From Podarcis liolepis (Eukaryota), in assembly GCA_965112155.1 (NCBI GenBank), contig OZ218100.1: a stretch of DNA of 64,000 bases; one strand, 5' to 3'. The notes beneath the pieces were generated by a model. It worked only from the letters and a program-made list of their open reading frames with translations. It was not told the DNA's origin and searched no databases. Shown here one piece after another: positions 12,732 to 25,700 of this stretch. Numbering within the stretch: position 1 is the first letter of the stretch; each line of letters begins with the position of its first letter. A program made the position numbers and the translations under genes.

Positions 12732-13788
12732 TATATGTTTCATTTGTTGTCATGATTTAGCAGTGTCTTAAATTTGGGGGGGGGGGTGCTCCTTTGTTAG
12801 GAGGCTTCTAGTTGCCCTATATCTATTTAATGTTATTTATCATTACTTAAAATATGAAGAAATCAAGATGTTACTATCAAACTGTGTGTTTTTCTAGTTC
12901 TGTACACACTGGATGTGTAATTCTCAGCTCCTGTTATTCCCAAACTGCTCACTGCATCTCCTCATGAGGCAGTGCTCTGACTTTGCCTTCTTCTAATCCA
13001 GGATACATATACCCAGAGAAGAAACTCTCACAGAAAACGTGGGGGAGCTTATGTGTGGTTAACTCTGCTGCATGCTAGTTTTAGCTCACATTCCATCTCG
13101 GCCAGATCCTTGTAGCTGGTGCTACAAGGACTGCTAGAGCTCTTCTGTCATGGCGTGTAGACTGAGGGAGGTCATATTGGGTAAATATCAAGGCAAGAAG
13201 AGAAGGAGAGAACACGTTACCATTGTTTCTGTCCTGTCCAGTCCACCACAATCTCATACCACTGCAGAGCCCTAGAATTCTGTTTACCAAGCCGTTTTCA
13301 TCAGTATTTCATCCTTGCTTTTGACCCTTTGTACACACACAATCAAGTGCCTCCTTTAGAATGATCATATATGTAAAAGAAAACCTCTTAGAAGAAATTA
13401 GTACATTTCTCAAGAGAGAACATTTTGATCATTATGTCTCAATTATGAAAGTTCCATATAAGTTTCAGGTACCACCATTACTTCTCTTTGGGGCCAGATT
13501 AAAATTGTTGTGATTTCCTGGACATTTTATGATAAACTATATTAATCCACTGAATATCTCTGATATTTTATATGTTTAGATTTTTAGGGTATATATAGTT
13601 TTGACTATTGTGTCATTCACACACATATACACACACATATGCAGAGAGAGAGAGATTTCAATCATTAGCTCCATTAAATACTTATTTTGGTAGAAAGATA
13701 AGTTTTTGTAAAATGCACACTTTTAGTATGTGTAGGCATACGGGAAATCAACAATTTTAAGTCATAAAATATCTGCTAGGTATTAAAC

Positions 13789-13920
13789 CAGCCTTCCCCA
13801 GACTCTTCAGAAGGTTTGAGCTACAACTCTCATCAGCCCCAGCCAACATAGCTGGTGGTCAAGAGATGGTAGGAATTGTAATCCAAAACATTTGGATCAA
13901 CATAGGCTGAAAGAGGCTTA
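13789..13920. mobile_element. Degenerate palindromic hAT MITE (family C-related)
   Basis: Core ctacaactctcatcagccccagcc...ggaattgtaatccaaaacat is shared with the other family C copies. Confidence 0.6.
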
Positions 13921-14890
13921 TTCTACCTTTAGGATGCACCATGCTATGAGTTTGCACAGCTGGTCTTTAATCTGATTATATTTATCTGAATTGACATTGA
14001 TCAAATAACAGAAATAATATGCTGTGTGGTTTTCATATTTTAATTCACCAATATCTGCTGTTTTATAGGTGTTCTTCTAATCTCTCTGAAGTAAAAATTA
14101 CCCATTAACAGTTAATGTTAAAACATTTTCCCCCTTTTATCACAATCTAGGTTTTCTACTGCTTACAAATGGTAAATTTGGTGCACTCCCGTCAAGTTGC
14201 AGTTAATATTGGGACTTTATCATTTTTTCACTGCGAGTCTTTTGTTTAGTTCCAGAACCCCAAACTATTATTTAGTAAACCTGCAAATAAAAATCTTAAA
14301 TCTGTCACGCATCTGTTGGTTCTGTAGCAGCAGCCTATGAAAACTTGCATCTCTGCCTTTACAGGTCTCTGTCATACTCCACAATGCGTACTGACCTTTC
14401 AGATTTCATTTAAGCTCACTTTTGTGCTTGGAAATCAGATGCATAAAACTCCACGTTTTTTTTTTTCATTTGGCTCTGCTAGCCAGAAACACCAGTTCTT
14501 CTGTTTAGTAGAGATATTGTTAATATTCACAGGACTATCAATAGCTAGTGGCTCTCATACTGCTTTCTGCCTTCAAACTGCAATTTGAAGGAGTCCAGTA
14601 GAACTGATTAACTGAAACGTGAAATTTTGGTTTACAATTTCACCAGACTAAAACAAATGATATGACATGTAAAGTTAGCCAGGGCAGGTTGAGAGGGGAC
14701 AGTTTGGCTGGAGCAGGCATTGATGTTGTGTGCGCACTTCCTCCCACATGCTCTTCTATGCTGATGACTTATCTGTATTTCTTCCCCCTGGTATTAATGC
14801 ATTTATTTGCACTATCCTGTTTTAACTGGGGTTTTGTTAGCCCCACTGAAGGCCGTTTTTGCAGTGGGAGGTAGGATACATAACATAAGC

Positions 14891-14937
<47 letters not shown>
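14891..14937. repeat. (GATA)n microsatellite
   Basis: About 11 perfect units. Confidence 0.97.
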
Positions 14938-14938
<1 letters not shown>

Positions 14939-16620
14939 CATAAGCATACAATCCTTATCTGCATAATTTGCTTACAATATTTGAAGCCGCACTATAGCAC
15001 TCTGTCACAGTCCCAGGGACTGCTATGACAGATCTCTTGCAATATGTTATACTTCCAAGTGCTTTGGAATAACATTGCAGCCAACCAGGTTTCACTCTTG
15101 AGCCTTGCTTTGGATCACTGCCACTATGTCTGCCGACATCAAGGTGAGTGGGAGTTCCACAAACATTGAGTTAAGATAACACAAATCTACACACATCTCA
15201 GTTCCAGTACTTTTTTTTTTACTAGAGAGAACACTGTTTGAGGCAGTGTTTTATGGGTGGCAAGAATGTAGAATAATCCCCAAAACAAAGGGAGAACCTA
15301 CCAAATAAATGTATGGCTTATTCAGAAAGAAACAAAAAGAAATGTAAAAACAACAAATGAATATTGTGATGGCATAAGCATTCATAAATCAGTCCAGTTT
15401 TATTAGACACAACAGACTTGGATAGCTATCCCAAAGGCAAAACAGTATCTTAAGTAACACAGGTTACTCTCCGCTTATACTTGTTCGACTTGCGCTTGAC
15501 CGCGTATATGCGTGGTGCCAGGAGATAATTCAGTAATTCAATTCATACTCAGAAATGGCAGGAGAGAGCTGGAGAGTCCTTGTGGCTCGTGTGGAGACCC
15601 TCCCTGGAGCCTGAAGAGGATGTCAGTAAGGGCGGAGGAAGCCCCAAAGAGACTGGAGGCACAGCGGGGCTTTGTTTAGGCTGCTCAGCCTCTCCGCCTA
15701 ACAGCTGACACGTGGGGTAGCGGAGCATCTGCCGCTTTTTTCAATGTCCTCCAGCCTCCTGCTGGCCCCAGAGCTTCAGTTCTAGTAGTGGATACAGTGA
15801 GAGTGGCACAGAGGGCTTTTAAAGGGTGTTTAGAGCTATGATTCTTGTTCTTCTAGTGACTAGCTGTGCATATAGCTGTATTGGGCATCACCCAAGGATT
15901 GGGGAGGAGTGGGGCATCACCACATACTTCATCAAGCTCCAAAGCCTCTAGAACCAGAACATAGATTTGGCACCAGTATACAACTGTGACTGAATCTCAG
16001 TTAGGCTGCATGGCAAATGGAACAAAGGACACTGAATTTTGCATGGATAAAGAATATGCCAATTCCCATGCAACATAGTACCTTCCTGCCCAACCGTCTT
16101 GGGTAATTGTTTCTTGAACTTGTGTTTTTGTGCAGGCATATTCCTAATGTAAATTGGAAGTGCTGTCTCTTTTATGCAGATTATGGGTTTTATAAACTTA
16201 CTTGCCTTGTAGGAGGTTTGACTCACTGCATTATTTAACAAGATAGAACTCTCTGTTTAAATACCAAGTAGTTAGTACTATATAGTTTTGCATGCATTAC
16301 ACCCCAAAGTTAAGCTTAATTTTAGTTCTCAAAATTGATTAACCAAGGAGGAAAACAAAAGGCTTATGCATCAAAGCATCTATGCAGAAGGAAACAGGAC
16401 AAGTGAAGAATTAAGCTCCGTTTCCTGTTTGTCATTCAGTTAGTCTGGCTGCATTTCCATTAGAGCTACTTCAGCTGGTATTTCTAGCTGGTTATTAGTG
16501 TGCCCAGCGAGCCATGGTTTGCTGGAGAAGCTCAGAGTTTTCAAAAATAGTGCCTGAAACCTTGATCATCTTAGTTTTGCTGAACTGGTGCTCCTGATTC
16601 TTAAAACACTTTAAGATACC

Positions 16621-16658
<38 letters not shown>
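16621..16658. repeat. (TAT)n microsatellite
   Basis: About 12 perfect units. Confidence 0.97.
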
Positions 16659-16659
<1 letters not shown>

Positions 16660-17589
16660 ATGCAGATCAAAATAAAAGCATTCAGGAAAAGTATACAGTA
16701 ATAATTTTCTGTCATCTCTTTGTGGAAGAAATTCTAGTAGAAGAAATAAATACATACCTCTGTCTTCCTTCCTGCTTTATGTGAAGAGGAAAGATGGGAA
16801 TTAAATGATCTGAGACGGTTTCAATTTATTTCCATTTGTTTATTGCCCACACTTCTCCAGGGCTTTGCATTCTAAGATTTCTTATATTATCACTTTATAG
16901 TTAGGTACCTGGATGCTTTTCCATATTGTCTGAAAGGTAAGGTGAGATGTGTATCAAAGCATGACCTCTAATTCCGAAGGTTCTCAAATTGAGCTACACT
17001 GAGATGCTCTGCAGAAAGGTTGCAGTACAATTGATAATATCTGCTGGGCTCTGCATTTGATTTATTTTTTCTGTTTGAAAAATATTTGAGTTTGTTTGTT
17101 TGTTTGTTTTTTGTATCCACCCCCGCAAAAAAACTGGATTGTGGAATAGGCTAGCAACACCCTGGTTTCAGGCCTGTGGCTTTCACCGTATGTAGCTGGT
17201 GCAGTTTGCTGATTTCCCCCTAAAAAGTTTCTTATGGAGGGGCCTTTCTCAACAGCTTGGCCTAGGGTCTGTGACTTTTATACCATGGTGCTGTTTTATC
17301 AGCGAAGTTTATGGAATATTTCTCTCTTTCCTTATTTAGCTAGCATATTTAAACCCCTCATTGGGATTGAAAATATTCAGTTCAATTCAATTTGCCATAT
17401 AAATTTAAATGTGGTAAATAAAAATGAATAAATAAAACTACAGAAGTGCACCCAGCTCGTTAGAAAGCTAACACTGCAGCTACTAGAATGAGTTATGTAC
17501 ATATATAGATTTGTGGAACCAAAACTAATGTATGGGGGGAGAGTTTTGAGAATAGCTCAACGTTTGCCTTTCAGGCGTATTTCATAATG

Positions 17590-18010
17590 TTGGCCCCCAT
17601 CTGTCTCAAGAGACAATGGAGTGTGCCTCTGGGGGTAAAGTCAAACGGCTGCATTGGTAGCACCAATATGACCTCCCCAGGGTGCAAGCCTGAGCAGTGT
17701 GTGTGGAGGTTCTAGGCTGCCCAGACGACAAGACCCCACACTTGGCCCCGCTAATGTAGTGCAAAGAAAAGCAGAGCAATACGTTTGGCACCACCTTGGC
17801 TGCAGGTGTTGCTTGAAGGAGGAATACAAGGTGCTATCAAACCATCTTAAGGACTCCCCTTTGGATTTATGTAGGATTTACTCCTTAAGCTTTTATTCTC
17901 CCGAAGATATCCGGCAAGGCATCAGAGGTCTAGCATCAGAGTTTTCCTTCTCCTAGATGGGCTACCTTCCCAGGTTGACAGGCCCCGTCTGCCCCTCACT
18001 TCCCTCTCCT
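17590..18010 (-). mobile_element. Non-coding RTE-type retroelement-derived repeat
   Basis: GC-richer block. The ends ctgtctcaagagacaatgg and gttttccttctcctagatgggctaccttcccagg resemble terminal motifs of RTE-clade elements as I recall them. No long ORF. Confidence 0.5.
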
Positions 18011-19337
18011 GCTTTGAAATGCAAGCATTAAAATTCTTACAATGTTGAATGCATGTGACGTTCCTGTCTTGCTTGTAATTAAGTAGTTAAAACATTTCTT
18101 CTGTTGATAGCTGTGCTTCCCGATATGGAGCACTTAGATTTACTGCCAGTTAAAAAATTATGGATTGACAGCAATTGAAATTTAGATTTTGGTCATAAAT
18201 GGAAATATAATTTAGAGTGCAGCCACGTCCAAGTGTATCTGAAGGAAGCATCAGATAGCGGAAATGTTATTAACATGAAAATCTCTTTGAGCTTAAGTCT
18301 TTGACATGCTTTGTCTAAAGTGTTTAGAGAACTGGACAAAAAAAGCTTGTTCTGCGGAGTGTAGGCAACTACTGGTTTGTACACTGAAACAACACGCTAA
18401 ATAGAAAGACCTGTGAAATTAATGACCACCTTCTCACTGGAAAAAAGTGTAAGAGGGGTGTCTTCCCATTTCTCTTCTTCTCTCTCCCCTCCACCTTTCC
18501 TGCCCATTACAGAGTTTCATATTATCCAGATTGCTATGGTTCGCCTTGCTAAATGAGCTTTGTAGCACTAAGTTAATTTTCTGCCAGTATTGCTTCTGGC
18601 TGATGACTGTGGGTGTTTGTATATCCATTAAGTATGCTGCCAGGATGCATCCACCATTTTCCACCTCTTCCATTAAATGGCTGTCAGCAGGTTTACAGAA
18701 CTGCTCTCTTACTCTGCACTAATTGCAGAAAAGCTGGTGGATGTGATGAAAAAAACAACCCACAAAAAAGGAGCAAGATCTTGTTCAGAGATCTCAAAAA
18801 GTAAATAGAAATGCCATCAGCAGTTAAATCAGATTTCGCATATAGTCACAGTGTGATTAGCAGGATGATGATATAATTTCTTTTTAAATTCTTACTTTGC
18901 AGAGCAAACCTATCTACTACCACAACTCCACATATCAAATAAAATATGTTCAGGCATACACAACTGAATATAGGTAGAGTTGTGGATAAGGCATGCCTAT
19001 TAAAGTAGTGTACATTCCCTGCTGGTTTTACAGTTGATTTCGAAATGGAAACCTGTTAAAATGGCATCAAATGTTATCTAGCTAAGATAAATGAACATGA
19101 AGAGAATGAATGGATTTTACTTATAAAATTCAGTATGTCAGAAACCCCCTGCTGGCAGGGAGTATCTAAGGAAAGACTGTATGAAGCATGCAGACTTTGG
19201 TTTTAGGCTTCAACCCTAAACAATAATAAAATAATTCACACATGGAGTTTTGTGTTTGGTTACTTTGCCTGTGTGTCTTTTCAAGTCCAGGTATGTTTCA
19301 GTTTTGTATATATTTCAAAATAAAAAAATATGTTTTA

Positions 19338-19548
19338 CAGTGGTACCTTGGCAGGTCTGTTCTTAACCTGAAACTGTTCTTAACCTGAAGCACCACTTTA
19401 GCTAATGGGGCCTCCCGCTGCCGCTGCGCCGCCGGAGCATGATTTCTGTTCTCATCCTGAAGCAAAGTTCTTAACCCGAGGTAATATTTCTGAGTCTGTA
19501 ACCTGAAGCGTATGCAACCTGAAGCATATGTAACCCGAGGTAGCAATG
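19338..19548 (-). mobile_element. Tc1/mariner MITE family A, reverse orientation with an internal deletion
   Basis: TA|CAGTGGTACCT...TAACCCGAGGTAGCAATG|TA; reverse complement of 12500-12731. Confidence 0.9.
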
Positions 19549-20930
19549 TATATTGAATTTAAAAGTTATTAACATGAATCTGAAAGATGACAAGGTTTGT
19601 TTGCCTGTGGTTTTGTTTTGTTAAAACAAAAATAAATTTGTTTGCAAGCAAAAATTAATTAGCTTGCATCGTTTTTGCTCATTTCTGACTGGACTGGCTC
19701 TATCAATTATTGGAGGAATAATATGCTGCATTATTATAGGTAATCTATCAGAAAAAGCCGTGTGTCTTTTTTAAAAAATGCAAAAGCTAATAAATCATGC
19801 TCCTGAAAGATGCCGTTGCTGTTGGCAATTTGGAAGCCACTCCCATATGTAAGACAATTGGACTTTCAGCCTCATAGATTGAGTGTTACCCAACCTGAGG
19901 TCCTTCATATTTTCTTAGATTAGAACTGCTATCACCTCTGATCATTGACCAGGTTAGCAGGGATGATACTAAGAAGCGTGATTCAGTTGGAACTCCACAT
20001 GTGCCCATATATTTTACTAGGCTTTACTCGTGAGTAATGAGTGTGGTGCCATTGCAGAGGAATCTGACAAACGTACATTGGCTTAAGCCAAATCTTCTCC
20101 CAAAGCAGCTGTGCAGGGAATTGTATCTTTGCCTGAGCTACAACATAAGGGCAAGCCTAATTAGTCCTCAGAACCTTTGCCATGTTATAAAAGCATTATT
20201 CAGCTCTGAGAGATTTCACCAGTAAATGGATTTAGGCTATTACATTTCCTGGGAAATATCCCCACCTTTCCCCACAGGGTACACCTCAGCCCCCTTGCTG
20301 TGAGCTCAAGTTGGCCAGAGACCTCTTGTAACCTCCACTACCACTGTATGCTGGGAAACATATATTGATATGTCTGATTCAGAACTTGCGATAATTAGCA
20401 CTCGGTGTCCTTTCCATCCATCACTGTCATCAAGGTAATCGCCCTGTGTGCTAGAACTAATGCCCGCCAGTAAGCTTCTTTCTGGTAACTGGGCATCTCA
20501 CAGATACTCAAACTACTCAGCTTTATGAATGCTCAGGAGGCTGTTCCACACTTCCTTCTCTGCCCCGTGGATGCCTGCGGGACCAGACCTTTCTTCAACT
20601 CGCCCACAACCCTTCTCCTTGCCTCATCTCCCCCATCTTTTTGCCTCTCAAACCATGCTTGTTGTTTTCTTCAGGTTTAGATGGAAACCTTGAGGTAAGC
20701 ACAAGGCAGCGTTATCCCATAAGGAAAGCCTTTCTGGTATTCTGGGGAACTTCATCAGAAAGATCTTTAGGAGCCCTAGGTGGGAACTGGACTTGGGATT
20801 GGGCTGTCTTATGAGCCACCTCACTTGAGCCTGTCAGGTACCTTTTTAGAAAACAAAGTCAGCTAGCTGTATCTGCAAACTTCAAGGAGCACGCTGCATG
20901 CGTTTTGAATTGTTCCAATCATCCACACTG

Positions 20931-21080
20931 GGGCTGCATGCACACTGTACATTTAAAGCACATTCTCTCTCCCCCCCACCATGGGAATGGTAGTTGATCC
21001 ATCACAGAACTACAACTTCAGCACCCTTGTCAAAGAATTGTTAGGGTGTGATTGCTTTAAATGTATGTTATGTACGCAGT
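20931..21080. mobile_element. Inverted-repeat MITE (possibly PIF/Harbinger-like)
   Basis: Left ctgcatgcacactgtacatttaaagca pairs imperfectly with right tgctttaaatgtatgttatgtacgcag. Confidence 0.55.
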
Positions 21081-21192
21081 GTTACCCCCAGTTCAGTGAA
21101 ACTCAAACTGTCTCTTCTCTTTACTCTCTCTTCTCTAGGACAGATAGATATTATAGCACATGGTTTAGGGAAGTCTTTAATGTTTGAAGTTT

Positions 21193-21278
21193 TATTCTGT
21201 TTTTAGTGTTCTGTCGGGAGCCTCCCAGAGTGGCTTAGGAAACCCAGCCAGATGGGCGGGGGTATAAATAATAAAATT
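21193..21278 (+). mobile_element. L2 LINE extreme 3' stub
   Basis: gcctcccagagtggcttaggaaacccagccagatgggcggggtataaataataaaatt is nearly the reverse complement of 53721-53778. Confidence 0.85.
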
Positions 21279-21475
21279 CCATCCATCAACTGAAAAAGAG
21301 TTACCAATTACTGTTAATCTAGAACACAACAAGGGAAGATTAGCCCGGCCGGTGTGTACTTGATATGAAGGTTTGTAGCTCATCCCTTTGTTTATGGCCT
21401 TGGAGAACTGATCTCCCTCCTCTGCCTTTTTCCACTACTCTCCTGTTGTGTGACTTGTTTTTTGTTTTGTTTTTT

Positions 21476-21480
<5 letters not shown>

Positions 21481-21508
<28 letters not shown>
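21481..21508. repeat. (CT)n microsatellite
   Basis: About 14 units. Confidence 0.95.
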
Positions 21509-22455
21509 TTATTGACCTTGAGAAAAAATATAGTTAAATAATACTAAATCTTATTTCTAAGCAATATATTGAGCTTTTTAAAAAAAATTAAAGGCATTGT
21601 TGCTTGAACACAATATGAAATTGCAACCTCTTATAGAATAGTTGCCTTCATAGAAAAATAGTAGGAAATAGTAGGAAAACGATCCTTCAAGGTCAGTTAA
21701 GAACTCCTTTGAGAGAGCAATTAATTTACCAATTCAAAAGTAATTTGAATCCGTGCTTTAAGTTAGTTTACCGTACTCAAGTAGATGAATACTAGTTTAG
21801 ATATTGCAGATCTATCATAATTCTGATATTTATCCATTAAACAAGACTATTCATTTCTGTTCTCTAAGGGAGTGGAATTCAATGACTGAAATATCAGGCA
21901 TAATCAACAATAATGACTTGAACACACAAATGTATGAAGTGCATAGTAATGAAACGTAGTTTGTTTAGAATTAAATAAGGAAAAGTTCTATGCTGTTGAA
22001 TCTGATGTTTCAAAATTAGCAAATGCTAGTGTAGGCAATGACCGATTTACACATGTACGATATGTGCGTGGCTGCTCGTGTGCACATCGCAACAACCCAG
22101 AAGTGGCCAGAAAAGGGGGAAGCATGGGGCAGAGTTGGCTTAGGCATGCTTTGACCCAGAACGCAACCCCAACACAAATCAGGGGTTGCCTGTACATAGC
22201 ATATTTATAAAAACAAGCCTGCCGCATATTTCTGAGTTTGCTTTATGATTTAAGCATGGCATGGATTTTAAGCTTCTGACTTCTACTTCATTCAGGTGGA
22301 AAATGTCTTAGGGATGGATCTAAATTGATTGAGCATAAGGACAAGAATCTAACAGTCACCATTGATATTTCTGATGTAAATGCTTAGGAATCAAAGAAAG
22401 AAATGAGCAATCAAATCAAATCCATGCCCTCAAGAGTATTTTTTTGCACCTAAAG

Positions 22456-22726
22456 CAGGGATCGGCAAACTTTTTCAGCAAGGGGCCAGTCCACTGTCCC
22501 TCAGACCTTGTGGGGGGCCAGACTATATCTATTTAGATATATATATGTATATATATATATATATGAACGAATTCCTATGTCCCACAACTAACCCAGAGAT
22601 GCATTTTAAATAAAAGGACACATTCTGCTCATGTAAAAACATGCTGATTCCCGAACAATCTGTGGGCTGGATTTAGAAGGCGATTGGGCCAGATCTGGCC
22701 CCCGGGCCTTACTTTGCCTACCCATG
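22456..22726. mobile_element. hAT-Charlie non-autonomous element (OC1/OposCharlie-like)
   Basis: TIR-like CAGGGATCGGCAAA / TTTGCCTACCCATG; degenerate TSD acctaaag/accccaaag; gggcc subterminal motifs; internal (TA)n. Confidence 0.75.
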
Positions 22727-25700
22727 ACCCCAAAGCATATCTTGAAAATACCTGTCCAACCTTTTGCTTCGACTTCTTCAATATTTTTTTTCCTACTATT
22801 CAAAATGATTTCTTTTTAATCATAATATGATAGTTACCCACTCCCTGCCCCATGTCACATCTCATGCCATTCAGGTTTCATGACTCTCGGGAGTGGCTTT
22901 TGAGGGGAAGAATGGCAGAGAGCTCCATTGTGCATGTTAAGCCTTGCTTCCATTTCTTTTGATCCAAGACAGTGGTTGGATTCTCCACTAAACCACCATG
23001 CTTGTTGCTTCTAATGTCATCTTTCTTGATCCCCAGCAACCAGCCTGCACATTTAATGCGGTTTACAGCAGATGAAATCTCAATGGCTTCCCCATTATAG
23101 ACTATTGCTTAGTTTTTTTGTTGCTTATTTTAGCTTCTCCAGTATTTCATGCATGGCAAGGTACTTGCTGTGGTCAAATCCTATGGATGTTGAATTCCCC
23201 AAGGAATAGGTCTAGCTGAAATTAGGAAGCAGCACCGCTGAATATCTTCCTACATAATTACCTGAGTTCTAAGGCTGGTACCTTTTCAGAGAGCTAAATT
23301 GAGTTTTTATAGTTTCTATTCAAGGTAGAGGTATTTCTTAATTTCCTATTCATTTTTAGCAAATTGCTATCCTTTCAAATTGTTCCTCGTAGCATTGAGA
23401 AATCTAGGCCAGTAGGGTGTGCTTAAAATACAATCTCTGGAAAGACGTTATAGAACCGGTGTCTAAATACAGGTTCTCTCGCTCTTCTTGCTGAATTCTT
23501 TTAATTGTTTATTGGTCTAAACCAATAAAGTGTTTTTAAAAAGCCAAACACCATTTCCCTGTCTCTTAGTTTTTATAACTCATACAATATGAAAATAAGA
23601 GTAAGTGTAGTTTTGCTTTTTCTAGTTGTTCTAGAATGTTTTAGGGTGTTGAAAACTGTAGTTGGCTTTCTATTCATTTTATAAGTACTGAGTCAGACCA
23701 GCTTTGAGCAGATTCAGTTAGCTGAGTGTACCTTTTTGTCTCTTGGCACATAGGATGAGATTTGTTGTTTTATGTGGCTTCATGCTGCTAAAACAAATTT
23801 TGGACTGAATCTTAAATTGTTAATTTTATATTTCTGCTTTGAATCCAGTACAAGCACACTTGAGAGTGTGACTAAACTTATCATGGTGGCTTTTATATTG
23901 CCTTGTTATCAACTTAAATCGTTGCAGTTAGGAGTCATGGGGCTTTATTTTTACTTAAAATGTAACACTGACATTTCTGAATTTACCAGCTATACCATAT
24001 TTTAAAAGGTTAATCACCTTTTCTAATATAGGTTGGGGGTTTTTTTACTAGTCATATTGTTCAGACGTTGACCCACTCTTGGTGAATTTTATCATTAGCA
24101 CTTGGTTCAGGGCATAGCTGCAAATAAATGCCTCATTGAAGATTTGAGCAGAGTCCATCAAGGGCATGTGAACCCTATTAAACTTGGCTTTGTTACCAAC
24201 AGCTTTCTGGCTCTCTTGTTTCTTTGACAACTGGGCTTACTTCTCTTTTGGGTCATTTGTATGGTTCTGCCTTGCTCGCTACCAGATGAGCAGTGTAACC
24301 TGCTGAACAGCACCTTTCCCCTTTCACTGAGTGATGGTGCTTCATGTTAATGAAAAAAAATTACCTTTGGATCTGTTAAACGCATCTGGAAGTAGCTGTC
24401 TCAATTTCATTTAATATTCTAAACCTAAGGTAATACACATTTCAAATTGTCTGAATTTGAAATAAAATAGAACTTTTGAGGGAGAAATCAAAACACATGG
24501 GTTCAAATTCATATTTATATGATTAAGATAATGGCCACATCCAAGCATTGAAACATAGTCATAAGAACACACTGCATTCACATATTGTAACAATCATAGT
24601 TTCTCATTATGTCTCAACATAGGAAAACACTGATTTGAATCTTGTTCAGTATCTTTGTTAACAAGCTCATAGTGTTCTAAATTGAAGCTTTTATTCTCCT
24701 TCCCTTGAACATGGGGGAAGAGGAGAGGGGCTGTGCAAGTCCAAAGCTTGATGTGGTACATATCTAATTCACGGGTGGGTAACCTGTTGTCCTCAAGATG
24801 TTGGACTCTCAACACACTAGCCTCATCTAGCATGGACAAAGATGATGGGAGTTCCCCAAGTTTTAACTGCAGTAAAAACAGAGTATTCTCTTAAAACATG
24901 ACCCAAGATAATTTCATCATTTTTCCAAGCCATGAAATTGATCTTTTATTCATATTTCAAGAGAAGGGTGTCTCCCCAGCATGACCGCTATGTAATCTAG
25001 GATGATTACTGCAAGTATTGCCTATTCTCTACAAAGTGAAACAAAGGCTATAGGATGAATGAATGCCATTTGCCTTATTTAAAGCAATTCATTACCTTAC
25101 CTTAACATACAATGCTATGGCAAGCTCTGCAGGTATCCAATTTCTACTGTTCCTTAAAGAACTAGTTCAGTGTAGCAGATCAATGCAGAAAGTTTAAATG
25201 TGACCTTAAGTTCATATATTTGGTAATCTAACTGTGTGGCTTTGGCAATATCCCTTCTGTCATACTTGAACTTGCTTCTTTAAGCGCCTCGAAGAACAAA
25301 TCAAACACAAATATTAAGAAATAAAGCACAGACCCTATTTACCACTTATTTCTGTGCATATTGTTCTATTTTGTGAGCATTTCCATTCTAGTTTGGGAAA
25401 CCTTAAGCCAATGGCCATAATATGAATATTTTTGTGAGTGGAGATAAGTGCTATTTGCATGAAGTATAAAGCTTCATTAAACACATACAACTGCCATGGT
25501 CAACACATTTTAATTATTTTGCTAATCAAACAAGGCCCCACATCCAAATATACAGCAAACCACCAACAGACCACAAATATATCATCATTGTCTTAATCAG
25601 AACTTGCATTGGCATGGGGTTCCAATTTACTTCAGTGATCTAGAGTTTTGTATAACCTAAGATTCACAGAAGTAATGAAGTCATTTCAGTACTCCACAAC

